The notes under the pieces are model-generated. The model ran no database searches, was not told the origin of the DNA, and saw only the letters and a list, made by a program, of their open reading frames with translations. Below are positions 40,501 to 52,443 of a stretch of DNA of 64,000 nucleotides, one piece after another (within the stretch, counting starts at the first letter, position 1; the number at the start of each line of letters is the position of its first letter). The position numbers and the translations under genes are program-made. This stretch comes from Neodothiora populina (taxonomy: Eukaryota): the NCBI RefSeq assembly GCF_041146345.1, contig NW_027191409.1, positions 1,054,001 to 1,118,000 on the forward strand, in the 5' to 3' direction.

Positions 40501-40957
40501 GCTTGTTGTTTGCATCTAGAATCTTGTCTTTTTGTGGCGAACCTTTGGGTTTCGTCACGTAGAGAGCGGCCGACGAAGCCTGCTCTTGCAGTCTAGTATC
40601 GCGATGCGCCGAGGGATCGGGACACGGCGGGGCAGTGAGGTGATGGTCATGACCAGGCTTCATCAGCTCCTCCTTTGTGTGCTGGCGCGTGGGCTCAGTG
40701 TGACCAGACATGGTCGCACCGGGCTTCGAAGTCTTGGATTCGGTGGACTTGGTAGGCTGAGTGGGTTGGCTGGATTGAGTGGGTTGAGATAGGGTATGAG
40801 ATTGAGTATGAGATTGATTGGAATGTTCACTTTCTGGCTCAAGCTTGGAAGGAGTGTTGGCAGCTTCCGATTCGGGCGTCGCAGCTTCTTCTTCTGTCTG
40901 TTTGAGAATAAAAGCAGTGTCGCCGGCGCTTTTCACTTGATGTTGATCAGAAGACAT
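37525..40957 (-). CDS. Eisosome protein 1-like (Eis1 family); start could alternatively be 40711
   Basis: SLKYARPEDLPSYP, LQEAAQKLAQERLAKL, GKINIGGGRYMDQSELNAIA...PTL motifs; introns 40433-40488 and 38826-38881. Confidence 0.8.
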
Positions 40958-41690
40958 GAAAAGCCAGGCCGGGCGCGGATGAGAGAAGAGAGAGATGACA
41001 CAATATAAACGGGTACACTGCTTCACCAAAAGGGTATATCAGGTTTGGGCAGAACAGTGAGCGTAACGGCGGCGAGTTGCACGCAAGATAGGCAACATAT
41101 AACATCTCTCTTTCTCTGTCGCTCTCCCGTTCAGTATTGGAATCGACGTCATCAACCTTGAAGCATCGATAGCGCCCAGGACGTCACTGTTTGTGCTTCC
41201 CGGCGTTCCACTTGCGGTGGCCGCACGGGGCACTTTGCACCCAAGCTCCGTTTTCCCTTGGGCTTGTGTCTGGACCTTCTGGCTGTGCTGCACTGCGCTG
41301 CATCTGCTTGTCATCTTTTGTTTCCTCGCCAACCCACTCTTTATTGGCAGTCAACCGTAATTAATTCTTTTCCTTTGCAGCATTTCTCGGGTCATATTCG
41401 ATCCTAACCCTCTGTCCCCAGACTTGAGGCGACCGACATGTGAGCGTCAAGAGCTATACAAAAGACTGCTTCAACAGCAATCTTCCAAATCCACACTTCA
41501 CACGATCTACGCCAGGGTTCCCCGGCCCGCAAAGACCTCCCTGCTCCAACAAGCAAGCTAAACTCGAGTAATAAACTTGTTTTTGATCGCACGTCAAGTC
41601 ACTTCTCGAATCGATAATAAATAGTCCTCCATGATACTACAACACTGATTGGTTTTGCTTTTCTAATTCATCTTCGACACGGACGACAAG

Positions 41691-43049
41691 ATGGAGCCCA
41701 TTCGCTTTGACAATATTCTCAACTTTCGAGATGTCGGTGATTTAGTAAACAGATACACAGGGTCAAAGTCAGACATCAATTGGACATTCACCTGACCATA
41801 CCCTCTGCTCACTGTTTTGTGTGCAGGAAGATGAAGACGGGTCTTTTGTATCGAAGTGCTCGACCTGGTAGGATTTCTTTTCTCGCTTGTCCTTTCCAAC
41901 TATTTTCCTTTCTTTGATTCTCTTCCATTTTATAAACCACTCCTGCATCTCAGCGGCCAGGTAGAGCAGATCAGCATCTGTCACCCTTTCGCTTCAATTT
42001 CTCTTTTACGAAAGGACTACTTTACAGTCCATCCCTCATGTTGTCTCTCGTGTTCAACATTCGTGGGGCATTCATGGATACCTACTGCGCTTGCTTTTCC
42101 TTGCTCTTGCTGCAAATACACCAGCTCAAAGATCAATTGCGAGTGCAGTAACGCTCACTGTCGCACCCCAACAGACAACGCCTCGGAGAAGGACCGCGAT
42201 CTGCTCCTCAACACCTACAAAATCAACACCATAATCGACCTACGCACAAAGTCCGAGCACATCCAACAAGCGCAAAAGCGCAACAACAACACCACCAACA
42301 AGACATCTCCAAACACCCCGACCACCTCAGACGCAGCAATCTCGCACCTCTCCGCCCCCGAGCCCCTAGCGCCCTCAAACAACGCCGCCGCAACCCCCCT
42401 CAAGATCCCCGGAATCACATACTCCGAGATCAACTTCAACGGCGGCTCCTACTCATGGGCACTAATAAAAAAACTGCGGTACACATCCACCGCCAAACTG
42501 CTCTACCTGATGGCGACAGGCTACCGCATCCAAGCGATCAGTATCCTGGGCAAAGAAGTCATGAGCGAGCGCGGACTGGTGGGTTTGGCCGAGGATAGTG
42601 TCGAGCACTGCACGTCCGAGGTGCGCGCTGTGTTTGGCGTTTTGGATCCACTCCTCTCGCAGTCTTCGTCCTCGACAACAACGACAACGGCAGCAGCAGC
42701 AGCAGCAGAGCAGACATCGTGGCCGATCCTGGTCCATTGCACCCAAGGCAAAGACCGCACCGGCCTCGTCATCCTGCTCATCCTACTCCTCTTACGCGTC
42801 GACGCCCCCGCTATAAAAGCAGACTATATCCTCTCGCAAGAAGAACTGAAACCTGAGCGCGAGGAGAGACTGCATGAGATCAGGGAGATTGGCTTGCCGG
42901 ATGGGTTCGCGGATTGTCCTGAGGATTGGATCGAGAGGGTCGCGGCGTATGTGAAGGACAAATATGGGGGCGTCGAGAGGTATCTGAGTGAGACTTGTGG
43001 GGTTGATGAGGAGGTGCAGAGGAGGGTTAGGGAGGTTTTGTTGGCTTGA
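41691..43049 (+). CDS. Tyrosine/serine protein phosphatase (PtpB/IphP-like family)
   Basis: N-terminal NILNFRDVG, LYRSARPD, IIDLRT, active site HCTQGKDRTG; introns 41768-41826 and 41868-42174. Confidence 0.88.
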
Positions 43050-43384
43050 TCTCCGTGAGCTTCCTATGGGGAATCAAACAAGGCATGGATCTTCTGCATG
43101 GATCTTCTGCCGATGCCCACGAAACATACATGATTTTGCGTGGGTATGTGTGTGTGTGTGTGTAAAGGGGACATTATATTGACAAGGTGCAGATACAACC
43201 AACTTTTGTCTATATATTTCATCCGTCATCATCACTGCATCATCATTTTTGTTTTCCTGGTCTGTTCTGCTCTGCTTATATCATAAGCCAGAAAATACCC
43301 CTCTGCTCACCACTCTTCACATCCTTGCTCTTCATTTCTTGCCCCTCAGCTATCCTCACTCATTGTGTACATACATGCACTTTC

Positions 43385-45097
43385 TTAAGCCTTGGTGATG
43401 TTGACAGGGAAAGCACTCTTCTCAGATGCGACCGAGTGAGCCTTTGCGCCTGCGAGACCGAACTGAGTGTCGATACCCTCAACACGATGAGTGGAGTTGA
43501 TGTTCTTGACCATGGTGATCTGGTAGCAGGTGGCGGAACCCTGTCTGGAGATGATGGTCGAGTAGGCGAGGAAGAACTCCCAGATCTGTTATTTCACGTC
43601 AGTCTCATGGACATGAGACAAAAGAAGAAAAGAGCAAAAAACTTACGCGAAACCAGCGCTTTCCGTACTTGGCCTCGACCTTCTCCCTGTTGCCCATCCA
43701 GTTGCGGTACCAGCGCCAGAGAGTGGCACTGTAGTGAACACCAATGGTATCGATGCCCTTGATCTCAAAGCCAGCGCCCTCGAGCTTGTCGATGGTCCAG
43801 CCGAGAGGAGTGGAAGCGTCAGCACCGGGGAAGATGTACTTGTTCATGAAAAGACCCCAGATGAGATCCTCGTATTGCCAGGACTTGCGGATACCGGCGT
43901 ACTGCATGAAGAAAACACCATCGTCGTCGAGCATGTCGTGGATCTGGGAGAGGAAAGTGGAGAAGTGGCGGACACCGACGTGCTCGGACATCTCGAGACA
44001 GGTGATCTTGTCGTACTTGCGGGTGCCTTGATCGGGCAGAGGGGTGTCACGGTAGTCCATGCACAAGATGCGGCTCTGCTCGTCGGAAACACCAACATTG
44101 CGGAGGCCGTTGTTACCCCACGCAGTCTGGTTGCGGCCGAGAGTGATACCGGTGACCTTGGCGCCGTAGTTGGCAGAAGCGAACTTGGCAAGAGTGCCCC
44201 ATCCGCAACCGAGGTCAAGCATGTGGTCGCCAGCCTTGAGAGCAATCTTCTCGCAGACAATGGCGAGCTTGTTGTCCTGGAGCTCCTCAAGAGACTCTTC
44301 CTTGTTGATGTCGGAGATGATGCCGGAAGTGTAGATCATGCGGGGGCCGAGGAACCAGCTGTAGAAGTCGTCACCGCGGTCGTAGTGGTCGCGGACCTGC
44401 TCTTCGTCCTGGGAACGAGTGTGCATGATGACCTCGGGCATCATGCCAGTCAGGAAGAACCAGAACAAGCTGAGAGTGAAACGGAAGTTGGCCCAGTCGT
44501 GGCGGTACTCCATGATCTCGAGAGCGTCGCCATTGAAGTCGACGTCACCGTCAAAGTACTTCTCGTGGAAGGTCTCCATGGGGATCTTCTTGTGACCAAA
44601 GTAGGCAGCCTTGTCCTCGGCCTTGTGGAAGGTGAGGTAGTGCTCGACGGGCAGACCAGGGTACTTGGCCTTCTCGTTCTTGCGGGGAGTGTAGCCTGAG
44701 GCAGCGGTCCAGAAGACCATGAGGATGGGAATGGCGGTCAAGATGGCGAAGAAGATCCATGTCTTGTAGCCTCCACCAACCTTCCAGGCAAAGTATCCAG
44801 GGACACCCGCGAGAAGAGCGAACAGGATGTTGTTGTTGAACGACTCGCTGCCGGCAGCGTCAGCTGGGAGAGGGGCATTCTTGATTGCCGGATACTGACA
44901 TGGCAGGATAGATTAGTACTAGAGCTGATGCCTGGTTGCCTGGAGCTCTGCTGAGAGCATGTGATCCAACTGCTGTTCACAAAACTTACCGAAGTAGATC
45001 TCACGCCATATTTGGTGCTGGATGGCGCAGGAGGCTCAGCCGCAGGAGTCTTGATATACTCAAAAGACTCCTCGGAGTACTTTGAGTCGTATTCCAT
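43385..45097 (-). CDS. Sphingolipid C9-methyltransferase (cyclopropane-fatty-acyl synthase family)
   Basis: QVRDHYDRGDDFY, LDLGCGWG SAM motif, FMNKYIFPGADAS, N-terminal TM segments; introns 44895-44989 and 43586-43646. Confidence 0.92.
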
Positions 45098-45842
45098 GAT
45101 TGAAGAGGCGGCAATGGGACGACAGAGAGAGAGAAGAAAGAAGGAAAGAGTGAGGAAACAGCTGTACCTTACCTTATCCAGAATAATGCACAGACATGGA
45201 CTTTGTGGTGTACAACAATCCCAAGCTTCCTGCCCTTGCCCTGGGAATCTCGCGCTTGGACGCGTCAAAAGCCCCGCACTGACCAAGGGGTGTTTGGTGC
45301 TTGACCCTCGCTGGTCCGTGGCTTCTCACCGCGTACCTCTTACTACCAATCCTTGAAGCTGACCATTGAATCAACTCAAGGTGTTTCATCCATTGCGAGT
45401 CATCTTCAGGCATATTATTATCGTTCACGACACATCCATGTTTGCACTCTCGACGTAGGCTCGTTCGCAACCAATGATAGTAAGTGTGTCGCTGATGACC
45501 AGCAGTAGACACCTCGGTCAGAACGCAGTGTCGCGTCGTCGTGTGAGGTTCACCTAAAGAACCTGGAGATACTGTACCGTCGGTCAATCTTTCCAACAGA
45601 AACCATGGCACTTTCCTCAACAACTTCTACCTACGATTCAGTGAAATAATGCAAGTTCCAGGCTTGGTGTGGAGACCGTATGGACAAGGACTACTTACCT
45701 AGATACAGACATTGTACTTAGAAGTGTCAATGTACTGTAAGGTAGGTCTCGTTGATTATACTTGAGCAAGCCCCATAAGTCTTTATCGACTTCATCTGCT
45801 CGAATCATCCCGAATCACCAACACTATCCGCCGCCGCTTGTT

Positions 45843-48670
45843 CTACATGTACTCAATGCTCTCCATGACTTGCACCAATGATCCCGAGTCGGATCGTGAG
45901 GCCGCGTCCGCCATCTGCTCATCCTCTGCTGTGTCCATTGTCAGCATGCTGTTATCTCCACCACCCATACTCGATGCCTCCTCTCCAGTCTCGCTGTCGC
46001 ATGCTGCACGTCGCACTTCTTCATCGATCGCCATCATCCTGACTACAAATTCACGTTGCAGCCGATCCAACCAGCTAGAGAGTACCTCGCCCTCCATGAT
46101 TCCTTGCTGAGCCTGGAGCAGCTCTTCTTTCAAGCTGAGTATCAACTTCCTCCTGCGAGCATGTACGATGGCCATCGATGATGCCTTCTGCCGTTCGAGC
46201 CGCTCTCGAAGCTTGTTGGCGACCAAGGTAGCATACTCCAAAACATCTGCAGGGAATGGCAACACTCTTGCTAGCTGCAGGCCATAGTGCTCTTCGATCA
46301 CGATGCCATCTGTGAGCTTGTAGAGCATTGTCATGCTGTTCACATCCCTCATGTCCACCGCAAGATGCTTGTTCACCACTCCGTTCCGTTCCGACATGAT
46401 ATGAGCAAGCTCTCGGAAGTGAGTGGCGAACCACACCAGCGCTCTGCTGCCGACCAAGGCTTCTGCGATGGCCAGTGCGATAGCGAGCCCATCTCTGGTA
46501 CCCGTGCCACGGCCTAGTTCGTCGATGATGACTAGGCTGTCCTTATCAACGTTGTTCAGGATGAATGCAGTCTCCCTCATCTCCGATGCAAATGTCGACA
46601 CGTTGGCTTCGACGCTGTCATCAATCGATACCCTGGCAAACAGCTGCTTGATGATGGTGATGGACGCAAATCGAGCAGGTACAAAGCTTCCGATCTGGGC
46701 CATGACACACATTAAAGCAATGCACCGGATATATGTGCTCTTCCCGCTCATGTTGCAACCTGTGATTATCTGGAATCGATTCTGCTGCGTCGCATAGACA
46801 TCATTAGGAACATATTTTCCCGTTTGGATCCTCTCTTTTATCGGGTGGCGAGCGGCCTGGATCCCGAGAGTGTTTGTGATTCGAGGTCGTACATATTCCT
46901 CGAGCGTGACGATATGTGCAAATGCCCCCAGCATGTCGAGCATTGCGATCGCTTCACTGATCTTGAAGAGAACGGAGATGTGTTGCCTGATCTCTGATGT
47001 CAGATTTTGTACTGCATTGTCACTCATAAGCAGGACTTCTGTGTGTGAGTCAGAAATCCTTTGGTTCCACTTCATCAGCTGTAGCGTCTGCATTTCGATA
47101 TTGCTCTTGTTCCTGAACACGTTCTTGAACACGTCAGGTGGTAGATTTCTGCCCTCAAGATCGGCTGCGGGGAGACGAATGTAGAACATTCTCTTATTGT
47201 CGTACATGGCCTGGAGATCCATGTTGTATTCGCGGGCTAGAGTCTCAACATACTCGTAGATGTCTTCATTGCCCTCCTTGTATGTCTGCCGAGCCACATC
47301 GAGCAGTCCATTCAATCCAGACCTGACAGCATAGGTTCTCTGATTGCGCAAATCGATTGGCTTGCTGGCGTATGTGATATCATCGTTGATGGTGGAGTCT
47401 ATCAACTGTAGCACCGGCTCCACATTCTCAGGAGCGCAGAGTCTTTGTATCTCACAAAGCATCGAGCTTCGCGCTCCAACCAGCGCCTCAAAGATGGAAT
47501 TGATGCCTTTAACAAACTGCTTCAGCGATATCACGTTGTTGATGGCCTGTTCGGTATACTGAAGTGAGGCTTGTGTCGGTATGACGATCAGTGCGGTCAG
47601 AATCTTGTCTACATCTGGGACAGACTTTAAAGCACCTCGGACACCAAAGAACATGTCTTCTTTGCTTGTCAGCTCTTCAAGTGCATCATAACGAGTATTG
47701 AGAGTTTGCGCATCAGTCAGAGGCTGTAAAATATTGCTACGGAGCAGTCTCGCACCCATAGGCGTGAGAGTGTTGCTCAATAGGCCAAACAGGCAATCCT
47801 TGGACCTTGGATTCCGGAGGTTCTGATTGAGTTCAAGTGCATGAATGGTCGATAAGTCGATCATCATCGAACCCTCTGAGACCTCGTACCTGATGCGTAA
47901 CGAGTGCATGGGGAACGTTTTCGTCAAGCTAAGCTCTATGTATTTGATGACCTGCCAGATATCAATTACGTACTATTACCAGCTCACATAACACTCACAG
48001 CAGCGAAGCAGCAAATAGCAAAGTAGTTACCACTTATGGCTATCTTGATGCTCTCCAATTCTTGGACAAACGCGAGTTGCTGAATGAGTTCGAGTCCCAG
48101 TATCTCGGCCCAGTAGCGACGACTCAGGATCATCAGGTTGCTGTTCAAGTCTATGAGATTATCCTCGATGATCGAGAACAACTTCGACTTCGGGTCTGCT
48201 GACGAGTCCACGATAAGAATCTGTGAGGGACTGAACATGGCCAACTTATGTATTGTGTGGACATAGGTTTGGCTGTCACAAATCTGACTCAGGACTGCCT
48301 CGCCTGTGTCGAGGTTCACAAAAGCAAGCCCGACAGTTGGTGCGATGCCACGAGACTCACTCACAGCACAAATGATGTGCTGAGGTTCTACACCAATCGT
48401 AGACACTGCAGTGCGAGGCCGAGCTGTCTTTGGTCGTTTATGAGCATGGCTTGTTCTCGCGCGGGACGTTGTACTGGTGGTGGTTTCACAAGTATATGGC
48501 AGATCAGAGCCGGTCACTGAAGGAGAGCCTGGCCTAGACATATAACTTGTAGATGGCTGTTCGCGAGTCGTTGATCCAGTGCTCGACACTGACTCACGTG
48601 AGCTCGGATGTGGGTCATGGTTATTACTGAACATTGTAGATAGAATCGCCAACCGCTTTATAGGTGTCAT
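45843..48670 (-). CDS. MSH4: Meiotic MutS homolog 4
   Basis: ITGCNMSGKSTY Walker A, STFASEMRE, IIDELGRGT, FATHF; N-terminal ICAVSESRG...VGLAFVN and no mismatch-recognition domain; intron 47952-47998. Confidence 0.92.
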
Positions 48671-48896
48671 TCTAGAGTAGTAGAAGTTGGAGAGCGGATC
48701 AAGGTATGAGGTGAGAAGATACTGTAGCGAAGGTCGCTTTATTGTTCCTTCCTAAACTGAACTTCAGCCAAGGTGCCGCGGTAATGCAGCTACTGTGCCA
48801 GTACACCTAGAACGGACTGTCGTCAATCATCTACACAGCAATAAACATTGACGATACTATTCCTCCTTATAGCACTAAAGTCGCGAGCATCTTCGC

Positions 48897-49862
48897 TTAT
48901 AGTCTGGCCTTGTTCTTTTGGTGCTCTACTTTGTTGATGCAAGAGCCCACACCTTCCAGGTTGACCTCGACTACGTCACCATCCTTGAGCCAGACCTGGG
49001 GCTTCATTCCCATTCCCACTCCTTGCGGACTGTTGCCGTGATTAGCAGGACTCAGGGTATGCGCTGATCGATAACTTACGTTCCGGTGAGAATCAAATCT
49101 CCAGGGAGAAGCGTGGTGCCTTCAGATAGGACAGCTATTGTCTTTGCCACACCGAATATCATGTCTTTTGTGTTGCTATCCTGTACAGTCTTGCCATTGA
49201 CTTTCGTGGAGATTCGCAGGTTCTGCGGGTCCTTGATGATCTTGCTGCTCACGATCCCTGGTCCAAGTGGTGCCCATCCGTCGAAACACTTGCCGAAACT
49301 CCATTGCCCTCCACGCTTGAGTTGCAAATGACGATGAGACACATCATTAGCAACGCAGTACCCGGCGACATACGAGAGTGCCTCCGACTCTGGAATATTG
49401 GACCCCTCCTTTCCGATGACGGCTACCAGCTCGCACTCATAATCGAGCCCTTCATGCTCTTGAGCCACAGCTGGAACAGGAATAGGGTCAAAAGGACCGG
49501 TGATGGCCGTTGATGGCTTGTAGAACAAGATTGGATTTTGAGGGATGGGCATGTTGGATTCACGAGCATGCTGTTCGTAGTTGAGCCCCAGACAACGAAC
49601 TGTCTGAACGTCCTCACGAGCTAATGGAGCTAGAAGGGTTCTGACTTCAGCGACTTGATCGGTCACTTCATATCTGCCCCATGGCGACCCTTGGATGACC
49701 TTCGCCTTTGCAACGTTGGTCAAGTCGTGGGCTCCAGATGGTAATATGGCATCACCTGGTACGTTTAGTATAGTCCCGGACATAGATGATGCTTGGAGCC
49801 GAACCATAGTATATTCTCCCATCCTTGGCGAGAAACCTGACCAACCGGGAGAAGGACGACAT
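48897..49862 (-). CDS. Fumarylacetoacetate hydrolase-family (FAHD2-like) protein ending in -ARL
   Basis: RLVRFLAKDGRIYYG, CLGLNY, DYECELVAVIG, NDVSHR, GKCFDGWAPLGP, GDLILTGTPQGVG; introns 49756-49804 and 49030-49079. Confidence 0.92.
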
Positions 49863-50193
49863 CGTCTGCTTGTTCTACTGCTGGAGACCCGGATACGTTT
49901 AAAGGAGTCGCCGTATCACCTTGTAAAGACATGGAAACAGTTATCGTATATATGATGAAACGACATCCGCCTTTCCCCACATGAAGATACGCACTGACCA
50001 GTCGGAGGTAAAAGTAATTGGAGTTCGACATGACCCTAGCCGAAACTCAGCTTCGGAAGTCCGAATGATGTAGTCGATGTTCGAACTTCTCATCAACAAG
50101 ACCTCATTCGACCATTGCAGCTTTCCTGGGCTTTCAGTGCTTCAATCAGTGGGAGAAGGTTCACATCTGGACTACAGACGCAGCGTGAAGTCA

Positions 50194-50571
50194 ATGGCGA
50201 GATTGTCAGGTCTACAGAGGGACGTCCTGTCACTTTACCGCAAATGTCTGCGTGAGGCAAGGAAGAAGCCCGTGGTAAGCAAAAATGACACCGAACAACG
50301 ACAATTTTGTACCAGAGGCTCTTGACTAAACAACAATGCAGGATGTCAGGAGTAACTTTCTGGAGTTCGCCCGGTATGTTTTGGATTTGTAGAGCCGCCA
50401 CACAAGCAGCCGGAAGCGACCAAACTAATCACTACAGCATGCAGCACCGAATTCAAGGAACACAAGAAGATTGACAAAAAGGACTTCAGTGCGGTAGAGT
50501 ACATGCTTCGAAGAGGCCAACGTCAACTGGAAATATATTCAGCTCCCGGAATACGCAATATCATGAAGTAG
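50194..50571 (+). CDS. SDH6: Succinate dehydrogenase assembly factor 1 (LYR-motif protein)
   Basis: MARLSGLQRDVLSLYRKCLR...FAR-TEF...KKDFSAVEYMLRRGQRQLE; introns 50275-50341 and 50374-50444. Confidence 0.9.
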
Positions 50572-50765
50572 AATCAATTTCTTGGCATCGATGTCGGGTT
50601 CCCATAAGGCCCTGACATATGCGACATCCAACGATGCGACAGCACCATCGATACCATTATCAATGAGCAGGTACCGAAGCTGTCGCATGATAGCGAAACA
50701 CGATACTTGAGTCATCAAATAACCGCAAGGTGGTGGTCAAGAGGGCAACCCTGGTGGCAAGACTT

Positions 50766-50795
50766 CGAATCTTCAGGAATGTTCTCGAAGCTTCG
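50766..50795. promoter_or_regulatory. Perfect six-unit heat shock element
   Basis: cGAAt cTTCa gGAAt gTTCt cGAAg cTTCg, about 340 bp upstream of the sHSP ATG; STRE AGGGG near 50924 and TATATA near 50987. Confidence 0.9.
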
Positions 50796-51131
50796 CGCTT
50801 GTTCCACATTATACGCCTGCTATCCAGCAATCCTGGAAGGCATCCAGATATCGGTATCAGAGCAGGAGACTACCAGATGACACTCCTCACTTCCAGAAAG
50901 TGCTTTCGCCAGATTAGTCAATGAGGGGATGGGGTTGGTACGGTCTAGCAATTTCTACGGTGGTAGGATAAGAAGCCTATCAAAGGTATATAGGGAGGCA
51001 GTTCGACCACCTCTGTCCCTCATCATCAGAACAATCAAAACAACAAACACTCTATGCAAAGCATCCAGCAAAGACTTCCAAAGCAAGCCTACAGATTCAT
51101 CAAAGTAGCACCCCACTCCACATCAAGAACA

Positions 51132-51818
51132 ATGTCTCTCTTCCCACGCTCCATGTTTTCCACCGACTTTCCCCGCTTCCCCAGCGGTGGTGAATTCACT
51201 CCCCTCTTCCGCCTCCTGGACGACTATGCCTCGCACCAACTCACCCGCGGCGGAAGCGAGTCAGCAAGTGCCAGCCTAGCCTCCTTCACACCAAAGTTCG
51301 ACGTCAAGGAGACCAAGGAAGGCTACGAGCTGCACGGCGAGCTGCCCGGCATCGAGCAAAAGGATGTCCAGATCGAGTTCAGCGACGCAAGCACCCTTGT
51401 CATCAAAGGTCGCACAGAGCGCAGTTCCGAGCGAGGCACGCATCCCTCTGAATGGCTCGAAGGCAGCCAGGAGCAGGGCAAACTGACCGACGCTTCGTCC
51501 ACAACCTCTGAACAGCACGCCTACCAAAAACCCACTGTCGAAGACGAGACCGCTCCAACCATGAGCGGCGCCAACGGGCAGACCAGCACCGAGCTCGCAA
51601 AGACCGACGCCACGCAACAGCAACAGCAACAGAGAAAGCCAGAGCCAGAATCTCACTACTGGGTCTCTGAGCGCTCAGTAGGCGAGTTCCATCGCGCCTT
51701 CAGCTTCCCGAACCGCGTCGACCACGACCGCGTCAAGGCCAGCCTCAAAAACGGTATCCTTAGTGTCTTGGTCCCGAAGCAGCAGGCGCCTACTACTCGT
51801 CGCATCAACATTGAGTAG
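51132..51818 (+). CDS. hsp30: Small heat shock protein (Hsp30/Hsp20, alpha-crystallin domain)
   Basis: FTPLFRLLDD, FTPKFDVKE, ELPGIEQKD, WVSERSVGEFHRAFSFP, ASLKNGILSVLVPK, C-terminal IxI (RRINIE). Confidence 0.95.
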   Translation: MSLFPRSMFSTDFPRFPSGGEFTPLFRLLDDYASHQLTRGGSESASASLASFTPKFDVKETKEGYELHGELPGIEQKDVQIEFSDASTLVIKGRTERSSERGTHPSEWLEGSQEQGKLTDASSTTSEQHAYQKPTVEDETAPTMSGANGQTSTELAKTDATQQQQQQRKPEPESHYWVSERSVGEFHRAFSFPNRVDHDRVKASLKNGILSVLVPKQQAPTTRRINIE

Positions 51819-52443
51819 AGGGTTGTCGCTTGAGTCTGCAAGAGGCCTCTAAGTGACGAGAAGTCGAAAACGCAATGTCGAGGGAGGAGGCCTGTGTGCT
51901 TCAGGCATATCTTCGATTGCACTACTACTATTATCAGCACTACACGCATCTTCTTGACGAGCCACGATCACGAAACACCAAAAAAATACCAACTTTAGCA
52001 TTAAGCATCGGGAGGAGTTAATACTGGCAGGGGAAGGAAGAAAAGAAACGTGGGAGCTTGTCTACTACCTATCTACAGTTCTCTAATACCTTTTTTCTTT
52101 TCGCTTTTGTCTGTCTTCGACTACCTAGCTATTCAATACAAAATCCATCCATACATGAGACTTCCATCTTCCCACTTCGTTCTGTGCAATAACTGAATGT
52201 TCCAGTCCTGTCTCTCGCCATGCTCACTATAGGCACGATCCCACTTCAGCCTAAAAACAGTATACGTAGACAAGCAAAACACCAGTCCTCGAGAAGACGA
52301 AAAGCCAGGAAAGAAAGACACTGCCTTAGTCTACCCTTTTGCCTTCTTCTTTACTTTCAATGTCTCATAAATGTATGAATATATATGTATACGAAAATTC
52401 GACTACAGCGACCAATCGCCGACGACTACTTTTCTTTTCGTAT

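Noticed and set aside
43734..44699. 321-aa plus-strand ORF
   Set aside because: Antisense shadow of the strongly codon-biased C9-methyltransferase gene; the same applies to antisense ORFs over PAN1, the EIS1-like gene and MNS1.
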